From assembly GCA_965112155.1 (NCBI GenBank), contig OZ218098.1: 64,000 nucleotides of DNA; one strand, 5' to 3'. The DNA comes from Podarcis liolepis (taxonomy: Eukaryota). Each line of letters opens with the position of its first letter. The stretch's first letter is position 1. Shown here one piece after another: positions 50,432 through 62,618 of this stretch. The notes beneath the pieces were generated by a model. That model ran no database searches and had not been told where the DNA came from. It worked only from the letters and a program-made list of their open reading frames with translations. A program made the translations under genes and the position numbers.

Positions 50432-51708
50432 TGCACCACCTGAACATTTTGGACAGTATCTGAAAAACCCCATATATAATTAATTCCATGCTTTTGATGT
50501 TAGGAAGACAAATTTTGCTAGATCTGATTCAAAAAGATTCACCAGGAAATGGTGAGAAAACTGCCTTGTCAACCACTTCCTGAAGATCCAGGCTCAGTAA
50601 TGTAAATCAGAACAGACTAGAAGAGAAGCTGTTTAGATATTCTCCCAGTCACATGGGATTTGGTAATACAGATAAGCAGCTGCCAGTGAGAGAACCTTCA
50701 AAAGGACACCTGGCATTTGTTACCATACAGAGCAAAGGGAACATCTATGGCGTGCGTTAGACTTCTGCATACATATCTATCTGCTAATGTAACACCTGTG
50801 ACTTTTCTGCAAAATGTAACTGTAGAGCTAATGCCATTGCCAGATAACCAGCCACTGTGAATGTTCTTGAAGGGGGACATATATATTTAAGCAGCAATTC
50901 TTCCTAAGAAGTTACGTTTCCAGGTATGCTCTCAAAAATCAGAGGTCAATCCAATAGCCCGTGTATCACTAAGCACATTTTAATCCCCAGCTAAAGACAA
51001 GTGCTATCTCACTGGGAAATGGCACGTTAAAGGGTAGAATAAATAACTAAGTGCCTTAAAAACGCACACCACCTATTTGGGTTAAGAAACTATATCCTAG
51101 CAGGACAAGTGATACAAACCCAGAAAGAATATGCTGATGGGGTTGCCAGTTGATTATTTTTTAGATTGGCCTGCTGGTGCTTTGAAATCTGAAGCCAGTT
51201 GCCAGACAATGGGAAAGGGAAGATAGGGTCTCTCCATAGTTTGCCCCCCCCCCAATATATTCTTTTTTTCCTATTCACATTTGTAAAAAGTTATTGTGCA
51301 AGTACAATGTGATCAAAGGAAAAACATTTCAGCTACTGCTCAGATGCAACTCTGAACAATTCAAAACTGCCTACTTTTATTACTTGCTGGTCAATCCACT
51401 TCCTTGCTGCTTGGGAATTCCATTCTTCTTCCCAGCCCAGCCTGGCTGATTGAGCTTAGCATTTTCACCCCACCTGCAGTTAGTGCTCATCTCCCATCTG
51501 CAGTTAACCCTGTCATCTCTCATCTCATCAAGATAAGGCTTCTTTTGTTACCTTCTTTCCTTCCCTTATAGCATCTGGTCTGCATTCCTACCAACTCTTT
51601 TGGACCTAATCTTGGCAGCTCTATAGCACTCTGTTCCTGCAGCTAATTGACAGTTGTCTGGAGCAGTGAAATGAACACTGTTCCATGTCTTTGCTCTTCA
51701 GTTTAGGC

Positions 51709-52512
51709 TATGGTTACAAGACGTCGCCGTTTCCCAGGGACAGTCCCCAGATTTACAAATCTGTCCCCAGACAAAATCTGTCCCTGGAATGTCCCCGGAT
51801 TTCATTTAATGTCCCCGGATTTATATTTTAAGTGTTGTAGATTTATTAGTAGGGAATGAATGTTGTGTGATTGGTTCAACGGCACAAGACACATCATATG
51901 GGGAGTTCCGGCAAGGCAAAATGGCGGGTGTCATGGCAGAGAGCAGCTCCTGAAGCCAGCCAGAGCCAACTGCGCTACCAGGCTGGCTCCAGGCTGCTGA
52001 GACTGCCACTGCCAAGGGGGAACTGGGGATGCCCAGCGCATCAACTGGGGGAACCGCTGACCCCCTCTCCTGCAACCCAAATCGAGCTGGGAGTGAGAGT
52101 GCCTGGCCACCCAGTCAACTGCCCAGCGGTGCTCCAGGGTAAAAACCCTGGAGCTGACACAGTGAGAAGGAGGAGAGGAGAAGGAGAAGGAAGAGAGTGA
52201 AAGAGGAATGAGAAAAAAGAGTGGAGCCCTGACCTTGCTGTGCCACTGCCGCCGCTGCCACTAAGGAGGAGATGTAGGAGAGCACCAGGAGGGCAAGGAC
52301 ACGTGGCCAAGCCCAGGACCTACCTGAGCCTACTCCATGGCAGCTAGTGCTCCAAGAGAGCAGGCCGGGGCCCAGAGGAAGACCGGGTGACAGAGGAGAC
52401 CACAGAAGAGATGATATTACTTCTTTATTTATTTATTTTAATGTTTTTTAAAAAATAATAATTTCCGGGGAGGGGGGCTGGCGGATTCTTTGACAAAAAT
52501 CTGGTAACCTTA
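51709..52512. mobile_element. hAT (Tip100-like) non-autonomous element
   Basis: TIR TATGGTTACAAGA / TCTGGTAACCTTA; 8-bp TSD GTTTAGGC / GTTTAGGG; subterminal TGTCCCC(A/G)GA repeats. Confidence 0.8.
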
Positions 52513-55500
52513 GTTTAGGGTCTTGTGCTGATTCTCTCGCATGTCAGGTATGCACACATCCTACCCATCCACCCCAACAAAAAACAATACACACTGCAAC
52601 TTATCGAAACAGAGACTTGTTCACACAAGTGCCCAAGTTGCAAAAAGATGGTCTGGCTGTCAAAAGTTTCTGAACTGGTGTTTTGGCTCTGTAACTCTGC
52701 AACACTCTTGCTTATGACTGTCTGACTACATCCGTCTGATGATAACTAAACCTAGCTTTTTGCATTAGTCTGTACCAATAACAGCCAAACTCTGAAGCAG
52801 GGATTCACGTCCCTCACAAAGCATTTGAAAGTAGAAGACAGAACTAGATGGAGGTTCAGTCTGATGCAGCAGAAGTTATGTTCTATGGCTGACTCTTCCA
52901 GTATACAAATTTGCTTATTTGTTTATCATTCATGCATTCATTTATGTACTGTTTTTCAAAAATAAAATCCTTCCCAAGGTGCCATGCTTATTTCATAAAT
53001 TTCTATAATGAATACTGCAATTATCACGGAGACACCTAATTTGCAGCATAAGTAAAAAACATGCACACCCTCTCTCTTTGTTGTTATTGTTGATGTTGTA
53101 TTTTATGGAACAAAATACAAACAGTGAACATATTGTTGTGTAAATAAACATTTATTTATTAAAGACATTTATTAAATAAGCATACCATCTTGGGAAGAAT
53201 TTTATTCTTGAAAGGCAGTGTAGAAATAAATAGATAAATACACCCCCCCCCAAATTTTAAGCACTGACTTAATAGCTACTGGACATGTCTTTCTCCCACT
53301 TCATTCTTTCCTAGATTACCAAAAGGGACAGGTGAGTCCTATTGATTTACCTAACTTAGTCCAGACTACAGATATAACAGAATTCCACTGGAAACAGAAA
53401 TGGGAGCGAAAATTCCTTTTCCAGGATGAAAATCAATCCAGCAAATACTAATGGTAATTGATGTTGCACTTCCTTTTGGTTTACAAACAATATGAAATTG
53501 AATGGGGTGGAATTATGTAATGTCAATGTAATTTGCATATCATAATTACTTAATAATGTATGTAAATTATGTGAGTTACATTAAGTTCACCACATCAGAC
53601 ATTGAGGTGAATCATGTAGTTTCGGGCAGAAGATGAACTGCAGTGGAATGGAAACCATGCAGCTTACAAAAAAATGCAGGGCGGAATAGAAAACTCTTGT
53701 ATCTCATGTCTCACCAGAATCCTCTGTCTGAACTGCCCATATTTCAGTCACCTCACATCATTCACAGCTAAGTGTAGCTGCACTTCCAGTTTCTGCCACC
53801 GACATAAAAGCATCATGTAGCTAAGTATAATTGTGCATTTGGGATTCATTTAATGAGCCCCATAAAATTCATCCTTTTGTAGAAAATAAACAAGGCGCAA
53901 ATAATTATAGTATCTACAGGAGGCATTTCTCCTTATATTGAATTACATGGAAGATGGTGATGAGTAGATAGTTATAAGGCAGTAAACATAACTTGCTGTT
54001 AAAAAATAACAATAGTCTAACGTGTGCAGTAGGCTGAGCCAAAGGCGATTAGACATTGACATTTTACTCATCTCCCCAAATGTCTTCCCTCTTCACTTTA
54101 ACAGTTTTAAAGGGCAGTTTGGAGCAGTTTCCTTTCTGGTCATAAAGACAATTAGGTGTTTCCTTTATGCACTTACTTTCAAAGAAATCTTTATATCTCC
54201 TGACCTCTGACATTCACTTGGAAGATTATTGTTATGATTATGATTATTATTGAAATGAAAATCTTAGGGAGATATGCTAGTGGAATCTCCTGAAGCAGCA
54301 ATTTTCACAAATAGTTTTCTGCTTGCTGGCATTAATGAAAAAGCAGGAGGGAAAATAATGCTTGTTGAAAAGTAAAAACAGATACCAGATCTTATGTGGG
54401 ACTTTATTTGCATCTCATCCTAGGAAAAAACTGGGATGTTATCTAAATTAGATTTGGCAGAAACAGCAAAAAATGCTGCTGTTTTGTTGGATAATAGCTT
54501 GAGAACAGACCAGATCAAGGAGCAGTCTCAGTGTTTAGTCATCCAGCAACTGTTAGCATACATGTTGACTGTAGATTTGGAGTAGAGATTCCATGTTGCT
54601 GCACCCACAAGGGGCAGAGCAACCCAAAACCCTGGTTCACCATCCTGGAGGGCATTTGGATGGGCAGAGTAGAGTCCCTCTTCCCAGTTCTGCCCAACAT
54701 GGCTTGCCTCTGCTGATGGAGGAGCTCTACCATCTGGAGAACAGTCCAGTTGGCAAGAATATTACCAATGGATCCAACCAAATGGATAGTGGGGAGAAAT
54801 AACCAATGGGGCATTTTGAAGGTGGAGAGCTGGGGAGGCTGGTTCAACTCTTGAGGAAACAATAGTTGGCAAAAATAGACATAGGGCATTGCTGGGAAGG
54901 GGCACTGCTTGTGCTTCAATACAATTTCATTCAACAAGAATTAATGAATGAGTGCTCACCACCCAGTGGATCTTGGGGATTCATCTGTTGAAGGCTAGTG
55001 TATGAATGGTTTTGATGGGCAAAATTTGTTGGTTATTGAGGTTAGTCCTACCATTAAGTAGAATGAGGCAGGCACATGAGTCAGTTGATATGGGGTGTCA
55101 TGGAAAGGCAGCAAACTGTTTATAATTTACGGGTAATAAGTTGAAAACATTGTCATTGAAGTTAGAAATCTTGGAGCATGCTCTCCATCAGACTGCAGGA
55201 GACTGGCGTTTAGCAAAGTTGGGGAGGAAACTGTTTTGCATGCTCCAAACCAGCAGTGTGGTTAGTGAAAAAACACATGGAAACTTGGGGTAGTAGTCAA
55301 TTACGTTTTACTCACAATAGATCCATTGAACTTAGTGGACATGACTGAGTTAGTGAAATTAATTTCAATAGGTCTACTTTGAGCAAAACCCTAGTTCTAT
55401 TCTGAAAATGCTTCTGCCCTAGCTGGCACCCAGGGTTCTGGCGCAGGCAGATATTTGCTGGGGTGGCATTTGGTGAAATCCCTCCATTTGCATTGCAATA

Positions 55501-56381
55501 AGAAGCTGAACTTGATAGCCTTTTGATCTTTTCCATCTTTATGATTCTGCCATATATATCCTCAGATCATTTTCTATATCCTATTAATGGTCTGGATATG
55601 CAATCAATGTTTGATGAAAGACTAAGTCAGTTATCCTCCACTTTCTTGCTCCCATGTTACATTACATATTAAAGATCAATATGGTCTATTGACTGAGAAA
55701 TAAGGAGTCAGTGACATTTCATATCTTTTTGAATCTAATATTCATGCTGCTGCTTCAAATCATGACAGGCATATACTTTCATTTGGTTGTACTGGAAACA
55801 TTTTACATTCCAAGTTGTCTTCTTATTTTTGTCATGTCCAGTCAATGGTTTTTCACTTGATTCTTTCAATTAGCTGACTTTTTTGTGGAGAGGTGCCAGA
55901 CAAAACAATTTGCCTGGATCTAAATTGCATTCCTCAGATGATACTGAGATGTACAGTACTTGATGGATTTTCTGAGCAAAAGACTTTGTTCCGATATGTG
56001 AGACTGGATGCCAGGCCAAGACCAGCCAGCCCCTATGGAAGGAAGAAGCCCTGGCCAAAGAAGAAAAAGAAGAAGATGGGCAAAATAAATTACTGAACTG
56101 TGCAGGAGAAATTATTATAAAAAAGGGCAACTGTGTAATGCATATTTTTTAAGCTTTGTGTATAGTTTTTTTACATTAGTATAACTTTTAAAAGTCACTA
56201 GTAATAAGATGGAGAAGGTTTTAAAATTGGATTGTTAAGTATTTTATGGATGTGCATGAACAAGTTTATTATAATGGAACCAAGAGGGGGAGTGGGGGGA
56301 AGTCGACCAAAATTATGGTTTAATTTGGTTATGATTCCACCCCCACCCCCCATTTTTTATTTTTGGTAAATCATTAAAATG

Positions 56382-56384
<3 letters not shown>

Positions 56385-56415
<31 letters not shown>
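56385..56415. repeat. (CA)n microsatellite
   Basis: Direct reading. Confidence 0.95.
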
Positions 56416-56418
<3 letters not shown>

Positions 56419-56465
56419 AGAAGCGTTCAACCTATCCTGTAGGAAAGCTTTTAATGTTTAATAGA

Positions 56466-56562
56466 CTATTGTATTTTAATATTCTGTTGGAAGCCGCCCA
56501 GAGTGGCTGGGGAAACCCAGCCAGATGGGTGGGGTATAAATAATAAATAAATAAATAAATAA

Positions 56563-56611
<49 letters not shown>
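56466..56611 (+). mobile_element. L2-type 3' end with (TAAA)/(TAT) tail
   Basis: GGAAGCCGCCCAGAGTGGCTGGGGAAACCCAGCCAGATGGGTGGGGTATAAA stem-loop followed by simple repeats. Confidence 0.75.
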
Positions 56612-56612
<1 letters not shown>

Positions 56613-58846
56613 CCCTGATGTACTATTTTTCCCTCCCACACTGCAAGGCATTGTTTTTGTGCAGCAGTAATCATACATGTATATCTTGCAACAGCAGCCT
56701 ACAGTGGTAGAGTCCAGGAAAATATCTACCAGTCATTTGTTTATTCATGATTTGGATATTTCATCTTTATGCCATGGCACCCACTGTAATTTACTGTTTT
56801 AAAATCTAAAATGAACCAGTTAAACATTGGACAACAGAGTTCTCCCATACCAACTGATGGTCCCTTCAGAAGCTGATGGAACATGTTCTCTGGCCTTGTC
56901 TCCTCGCTGGCATGGGAGTTTCCCTAACAGCAACAGATTGTTGGTGGTCACCACTAGAGCTGATGCGATGTGCTCTCTGGGCCGGACTTCTCCTTCTGTG
57001 CTTTCACCCAGAGCGCACAGGTCTTTCTTTAAGCAGCCCCAGAGAAGGCATAGGAGGGGTATTTGGTTTTTCAAAGTGCATAACTTGTGCTGAATCAAAA
57101 TTGGCACAAACACATTCGCCCCCTTGTAATATGCCCACTTTCATTGTCTGTAATTTCCCACAATCCCTTTGTCAAAGTATGTGAGAGAGTTTACAAAGCA
57201 GTGGGTGCCAAGGAAAATTGGTCCTCATTGCCAAGGTCCACATGTAGTTGACAGAATGGGGATGGGGATGCACAAATGGATTTGCACTTGAACATGCATC
57301 CCTTTCAATATGATGCCCTGGAGATGGACAGGATCCACATCCAGGGGTGGAGCATGGAAAGACAGGAGATATTGACTTTAACACTTGAAGAGGTGAGTCA
57401 TATCTGCAAACATGCAGCAAAGATGCTCCAGAGAGCCATGAACAAATTATTTAGTGTGTCTACAGATATTTGTCTTCCCCTCAAGCCCACTACAGAACAT
57501 GAAGGCACCTGATGGGCACATTATGAATCCCACTTTTCTGTACCATATGAAGCACTTGATAAAATTATCCCCCCCCCCCAGTGCTATGACAAACGAAGAG
57601 TGCTTGCTAAATTTTTGAAATTTCTAATTGACAGCACAAGTGTGTGTGTTGTTGTTTTTTTAAAAAAGAAAAATTCAGCAGAGGAGGCATCCTATTTTTA
57701 TTTCCTTTTAATGACTTGTTTTGCATAGAACAAGTCCAGAAGTACAAAAACCATTTTATGCTATTTTGAATCATTCTACTTTTGCATTCTGTTTCTTTTG
57801 AGTTTAAAGTTTGGGGGAAATAACTTAATTCTTTCTAAGATGTGTGCTGAATGGAGAAATCAGTGGCTCACTAACATCCATACCTATTTAGACAAACATG
57901 CTTGAGTACATCTCAATAATCAGATCTTCAGATAAATAAGAATGCCATTTGTATAGAATGGGTATGATGGGAGTCTTTCTCAGTCACTTAATGGCAAAAG
58001 ATTAATAGTTTGAAAATGCCAACATTTCAGAAAGTGGGATTCAATTGTTTACTATATAAGTACAGTAAATTGTTCTTGTTGTGTGTGTATGTGAATCTCT
58101 CTGTATACACCCACAGATATGTCCAAACACAAACAATATTGGTTAGTCTATAAATATGTGCTTGAAATTACCATTTTGCTGCCAGTGAACTTTAAATTCA
58201 GGACCTGTTTTCCCCTCCCTCGTCTCCTTTTCTTATCCACACAGTGTAAAACATAGAATAGTAACTCCAAGCTTGCAGGCTAGATCTAGCACTTGAGGCA
58301 ATTTTATCTGGCCCCTAGGGGCCCTGTCAAATTTTCCACTCACAATAAATTTATTCACAATTTCCATCAAGGTACAGCAAAAGGTCTGCCTAAAGTTCTT
58401 CTCATAAAAAAGAGAAAAATGTGTTCAAGTTGTGCCTATGTGCAAAGCTACACATGAGTATTTATGTTCCCTACCCAAGAAGCTCTTGGTGCAAGATGGC
58501 TTTGGTTTTCCTGTGGAGGCCATTCTTCTGCAAGAGGGTCAGGTATGCAGTGAAAGAGACAGAAGGGCCCATAAGAATAAAGGGCTTGTACCCAAAATGA
58601 CATGGAACTTTGTGCAGGGCACCGATTTATAGAAAGTTGCACCCTTAAATTAAATGTATGGATGCAAATTTAGAAATATATGCTACACACCTTACTACAG
58701 TGGGGAAAACAAGAGCCATACAGGTCACCTGCCCAGCTGCTCATTGCTGATGAGCAACTTCAAGGCTCCCGTTCCTCTTACCTTTAAATCTTGCTTGGAC
58801 TGAACAACCCTCAAAATAGAGGACCGAATCTGGACTGCCTTCCGGG

Positions 58847-59210
58847 AAAGGTAAGTAAAGGTAAAGGACCCCTGGATGGTCGAATTCAACTATGGGGTGT
58901 GGCGCTCATCTCCAGAGCTGGCCTTTGTCTGCAGACAGCTTTTCCAGGTCATGGGACCAGCATGACTAAACCGCTTCTGGCTCCTGGATCACCGTGATGG
59001 AAACCAGAGCGCACAGAAATTCCATTTACCTTCCCACCACAGCGATACCTATTTATCTACTTGCGCTGGTATGCTTTCAAACTGCTAGGTTGGCAGGAGC
59101 TGGGACAGAGCAATGGGAGTTCACTCTGTCATGCAGATTAAAACTGCCGACCTTATGATCAGCAAGCCCAAGAGACTTGGTGGTTTAGAGACCACAGCAC
59201 CCCCCGTGTC
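58847..59210 (-). mobile_element. Sauria SINE (Squam1), older copy
   Basis: AAAGGTAAAGG tail; body collinear with 18692-19063. Confidence 0.9.
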
Positions 59211-59284
59211 ACTGTTTTCTGTTCATTCTTTTGTAGCTGAGCAAAAAGAGTGTCCCCACGTTCCTCACCCAATTTGCAGGGTAC

Positions 59285-59864
59285 TGTCAGGGACTGACTG
59301 GACAAGGAGGAGTGCTGGGAGGCACCAGCTGGGGAACCCCTCATAGAAGGAAGACTCAGAGCCCAAGGATTGGTGGTGGGACATCAAAGAGTGGTCAGAG
59401 GGAGAAGATTGGGAGGAGGTGCCTGATGCTGAAGGGGTAGCAGAGCTTAGTGAGCAGGAAGAGCTTGTGACATGGAGTGGTTCAGACTCTGAGGCTGAAG
59501 CAGAGGAGCGGGGTCAGGGGACTGCTGAAGAATTTCAGGAGTCTCCCTTTCCTACTTTGACAAGCTCCCCTCCCCTCTTGTTTCCAAGAACTCAGAGAGT
59601 AATGCAAAGAGCTGAACAGAAGCAAGAGGTACACAGACACCGTTTAGGCTGCTTGGGAAACATCTGGGAGAGAAGGAGCCTTAGAGAGGGTGGAAGGCAG
59701 TGACCTTCAGTCTTGGCAACTGTTCGATGGGGGGCAAGACCTACTGGGAAGTGTTGCTGAGACCACTAGGCTGAGTTGTATGCTTGTTTCCTTGAATAAA
59801 GAGTTAACTTTACTGACAATGAAGTTCCTTTTTTGCTGACCTGTATTTGACTCCAGTCCTAACA
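59285..59864 (+). mobile_element. Solo LTR (Gypsy-like), same family as 48316-49691
   Basis: TGTCAGGGACTG...CAGTCCTAACA termini, AATAAA at 59795-59800; TSD degenerate (GGTAC / GGGCC). Confidence 0.8.
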
Positions 59865-60781
59865 GGGCCACAATTTCACTGAATATTCTCAGGAGGGGGC
59901 AGGAGGGGGGGCTTTGGAGGTGGGGAGTAAAAGCACAAAATATTTTTTTAAAAAAATCTCAAAAATTCTTTTCTGGGTCATTTTCGTTCAGTTAATACTG
60001 AGTTGACCTATATATCATGAGTTGGGTGATATATAATGATGGATGAAAGATGAAATGAGTTATGAGAGAAGACATGAAAAAGAGTAGGGGTCAAACCTAT
60101 TCCTTCCTTCAACAATATTAATGTTCAGAAAGACTTGAAATTCCCTGCCTTATTTGCAGGTTGAGAAGCTGGGGAGCCATTTTGCCCAGTATACCCAATG
60201 AGGGACAAAGTTCTTCAATAGTTTTGGGGAAGCCTATAAAATATTATCTGATAATTCTTTCCTGAGTTTCCACCCCCCCCCTGCAGCTCTAGATTCTTTG
60301 TCATTCACACCAGGAGAACACTACATTTTTACAGCATTATATGTTGCTTTTTTATCCAGCTTTCCTTCAGACAACTCAGGGTAGCATATGTGGGTTTTTT
60401 CTTTCTCCTCATTTTATCTTTATAACAAATCTGTTAGGCTAACAGTGCATGACTGTCTCAAAGTCACCCAGTGAGATGATGACGATGATGAAAAAGAAGA
60501 ATTGATTTCTTACCACTCTTGACCATAATACAATATTAAAATAGTTAAAACAGATTACAATCAAGAGAAAACAATGGGTTCTCTCTCATATTTATATTTA
60601 TATCTATATTTATTTATACACATACACACACTGGGTGTTGAAGTCCAGGATATGGCTTCACATCTCCAGCATATTACAAAAGGTACATATTGAAGGTGCC
60701 ATGTGCTCCTCTGTAGGGATGGAATTCCACAGCTTAGCAGCTGTCACAGGTAATACCTTCATCCAGGTTGCTAGTATCATA

Positions 60782-61413
60782 CAAGGTGTGACCGGAAAGT
60801 TTGGTGAATGGTCACAGAAATTGGATAGCGAGAAATATTTTAACATACAATGGGCATTGGAAACCCACAAAATACTCGCAATGGAGATGAAGCTGTAACT
60901 CAAAATACAGTGTATTAGTGGTTTAAGCGTTTCCATGAAGGGCAGCAAACCATTGAAGATCATCGTTGGGCTGGCAGACTGTTGATGAGCAGAACGGTGG
61001 CAAATGTCGACAGAGTTTGTGAGTTATTGATGCGGGATAGGCATTTGTCCGTCTGAATGATGGCGGAAGAATTGCATATTCCACATGAAATCGTTACTGA
61101 GGTTACTGAGCTGTCCCACCCTCCATATTCTCCCAATCTCGCCCCACCGGATTTCTTTCTTTTTCGAAAACTGAAATGTGCACTGAAAGGGCATAGATTT
61201 TCCAACATTTCACATGTCCAAGCTGCTGTGACGAGGGAACTGAAAGCAGTACGAAAAGAGGACTTCTCCAGAAGTTCCCAACAGTTCTAAAAACATCAAC
61301 GGTGCATTGTATCAGAGGGGGCCTACTTTGAAGGCCTGCAAGATATGTATGTTTGAATATTTCTCGCTGTCCGATTTCTGTGACCATTCACCGAACTTTC
61401 CAGTCACACCTTG
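60782..61413 (+). mobile_element. Internally deleted mariner (Tc1/mariner) element
   Basis: About 68-bp TIRs (CAAGGTGTGAC.GGAAAGTT.GGTGAATGGTCACAGAAAT...) flanked by TA; transposase remnants WFKRF..G and HPPYSPNLAPPDFFLF..LK..LKG.RF...G.YFEG. Confidence 0.93.
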
Positions 61414-62383
61414 TATAACACAGAGTGAACATGATTTATATATTCTACATTGTGTCCTGTTCGTTCATTTGAGACCCCAAGGGTCTGCCATACAGTCTGC
61501 CATGCCTACCATCACCCCATTTTCTAATGTATTCAGATGTTGCTAGAGATGCTTATACTATTTGCACAGAGACAGAGAGGGAACCATTTATGTCCTATAT
61601 AAAAATGACACAAGACGGAGAATGAACTCTGGTTCTGCAAATAAGCAGCTGCTGAATTAAGCCAATTTGAGAATGTAGCTCCACTGTGCAACGATAACAT
61701 AAGCACCTAAGATGTTCTAGCCCTTTGCTGCTGAGGATTTGCATTCTGTTAATGTGCAATTCAGCTGCCTTCGACAGAGCACGGGCCAGTGACCAAGTGA
61801 CATGTAGCAAAAGTGCGCTGGATGAAGACATACAATTACATTGTTGGTCTCACCTGGCTAACTTGTTTCCCAGCTCCTGAAGTACAAACCTGCTGTAATC
61901 ACTGGGGCACAGTTAATGAAAGCAGCTCATTATGGCGGGTGCTGTCCTCTAATGATGCCCCTTGGACTGAAATGTATGCAAATGGCTGTTATTTAATTTA
62001 GAGGCCTTTCTGTGTGGACCTTGTAAATTTAAAATTTTAATTACAAAATGCAGCATTTATCACTAGGTGAGTCACCCGCCAGATCATCGGCAAAAAGAAA
62101 GAGGAAAGGCCACTGGCGTGGTAGTTGTTCACCTGAATGGCTTCTTGTACTGCAGTGCCCATGCAGTCTTGTAAAAGTGCAAAACCCTGAATTGGTAGGG
62201 CTCCTACAGTTGACCTATTTATTGAACATTCATCCTGGTTTGTTTGTGCAAAGCTTACCGGAAGGTTAGATTATATCTGGCCTTTACTGAGCATTTGTTC
62301 TGAATTATTTGTGGGGAGGTTATACAAGAACGAGCATCTGTCCTGTTTCATTCATCCTGATTTGCTTGTTATACATCTCCTTG

Positions 62384-62618
62384 CAGAGGCGCCAATTTGC
62401 CCCCTAGAATGGTGGCCCCTGTCACATGTCACACGTGACACATGCATGACGGAGGCCAAGCACTCTGAAGGAGCCGGCCATTGGTCCTGAGATGCACATG
62501 TGATGTCACATACACTCGATATGTGCAGGGCCACCTCAAGACTGAGGGAGCCTGGCCCCCTTAAAACAAATACTGAGGGGGCTCAAGGTGCCTTCGCCCC
62601 CTAGAGTTGGTATACCTG
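62384..62618. mobile_element. hAT-type MITE (TIR related to 4298-4625)
   Basis: CAGAGGCGCCAA / TTGGTATACCTG ends; 8-bp TSD TCTCCTTG / TCTCCCTG. Confidence 0.75.

Noticed and set aside
55893-56380. Lys-rich ORF as a host exon
   Set aside because: No convincing donor site; the downstream sequence looks like a decayed L1-type 3' end.
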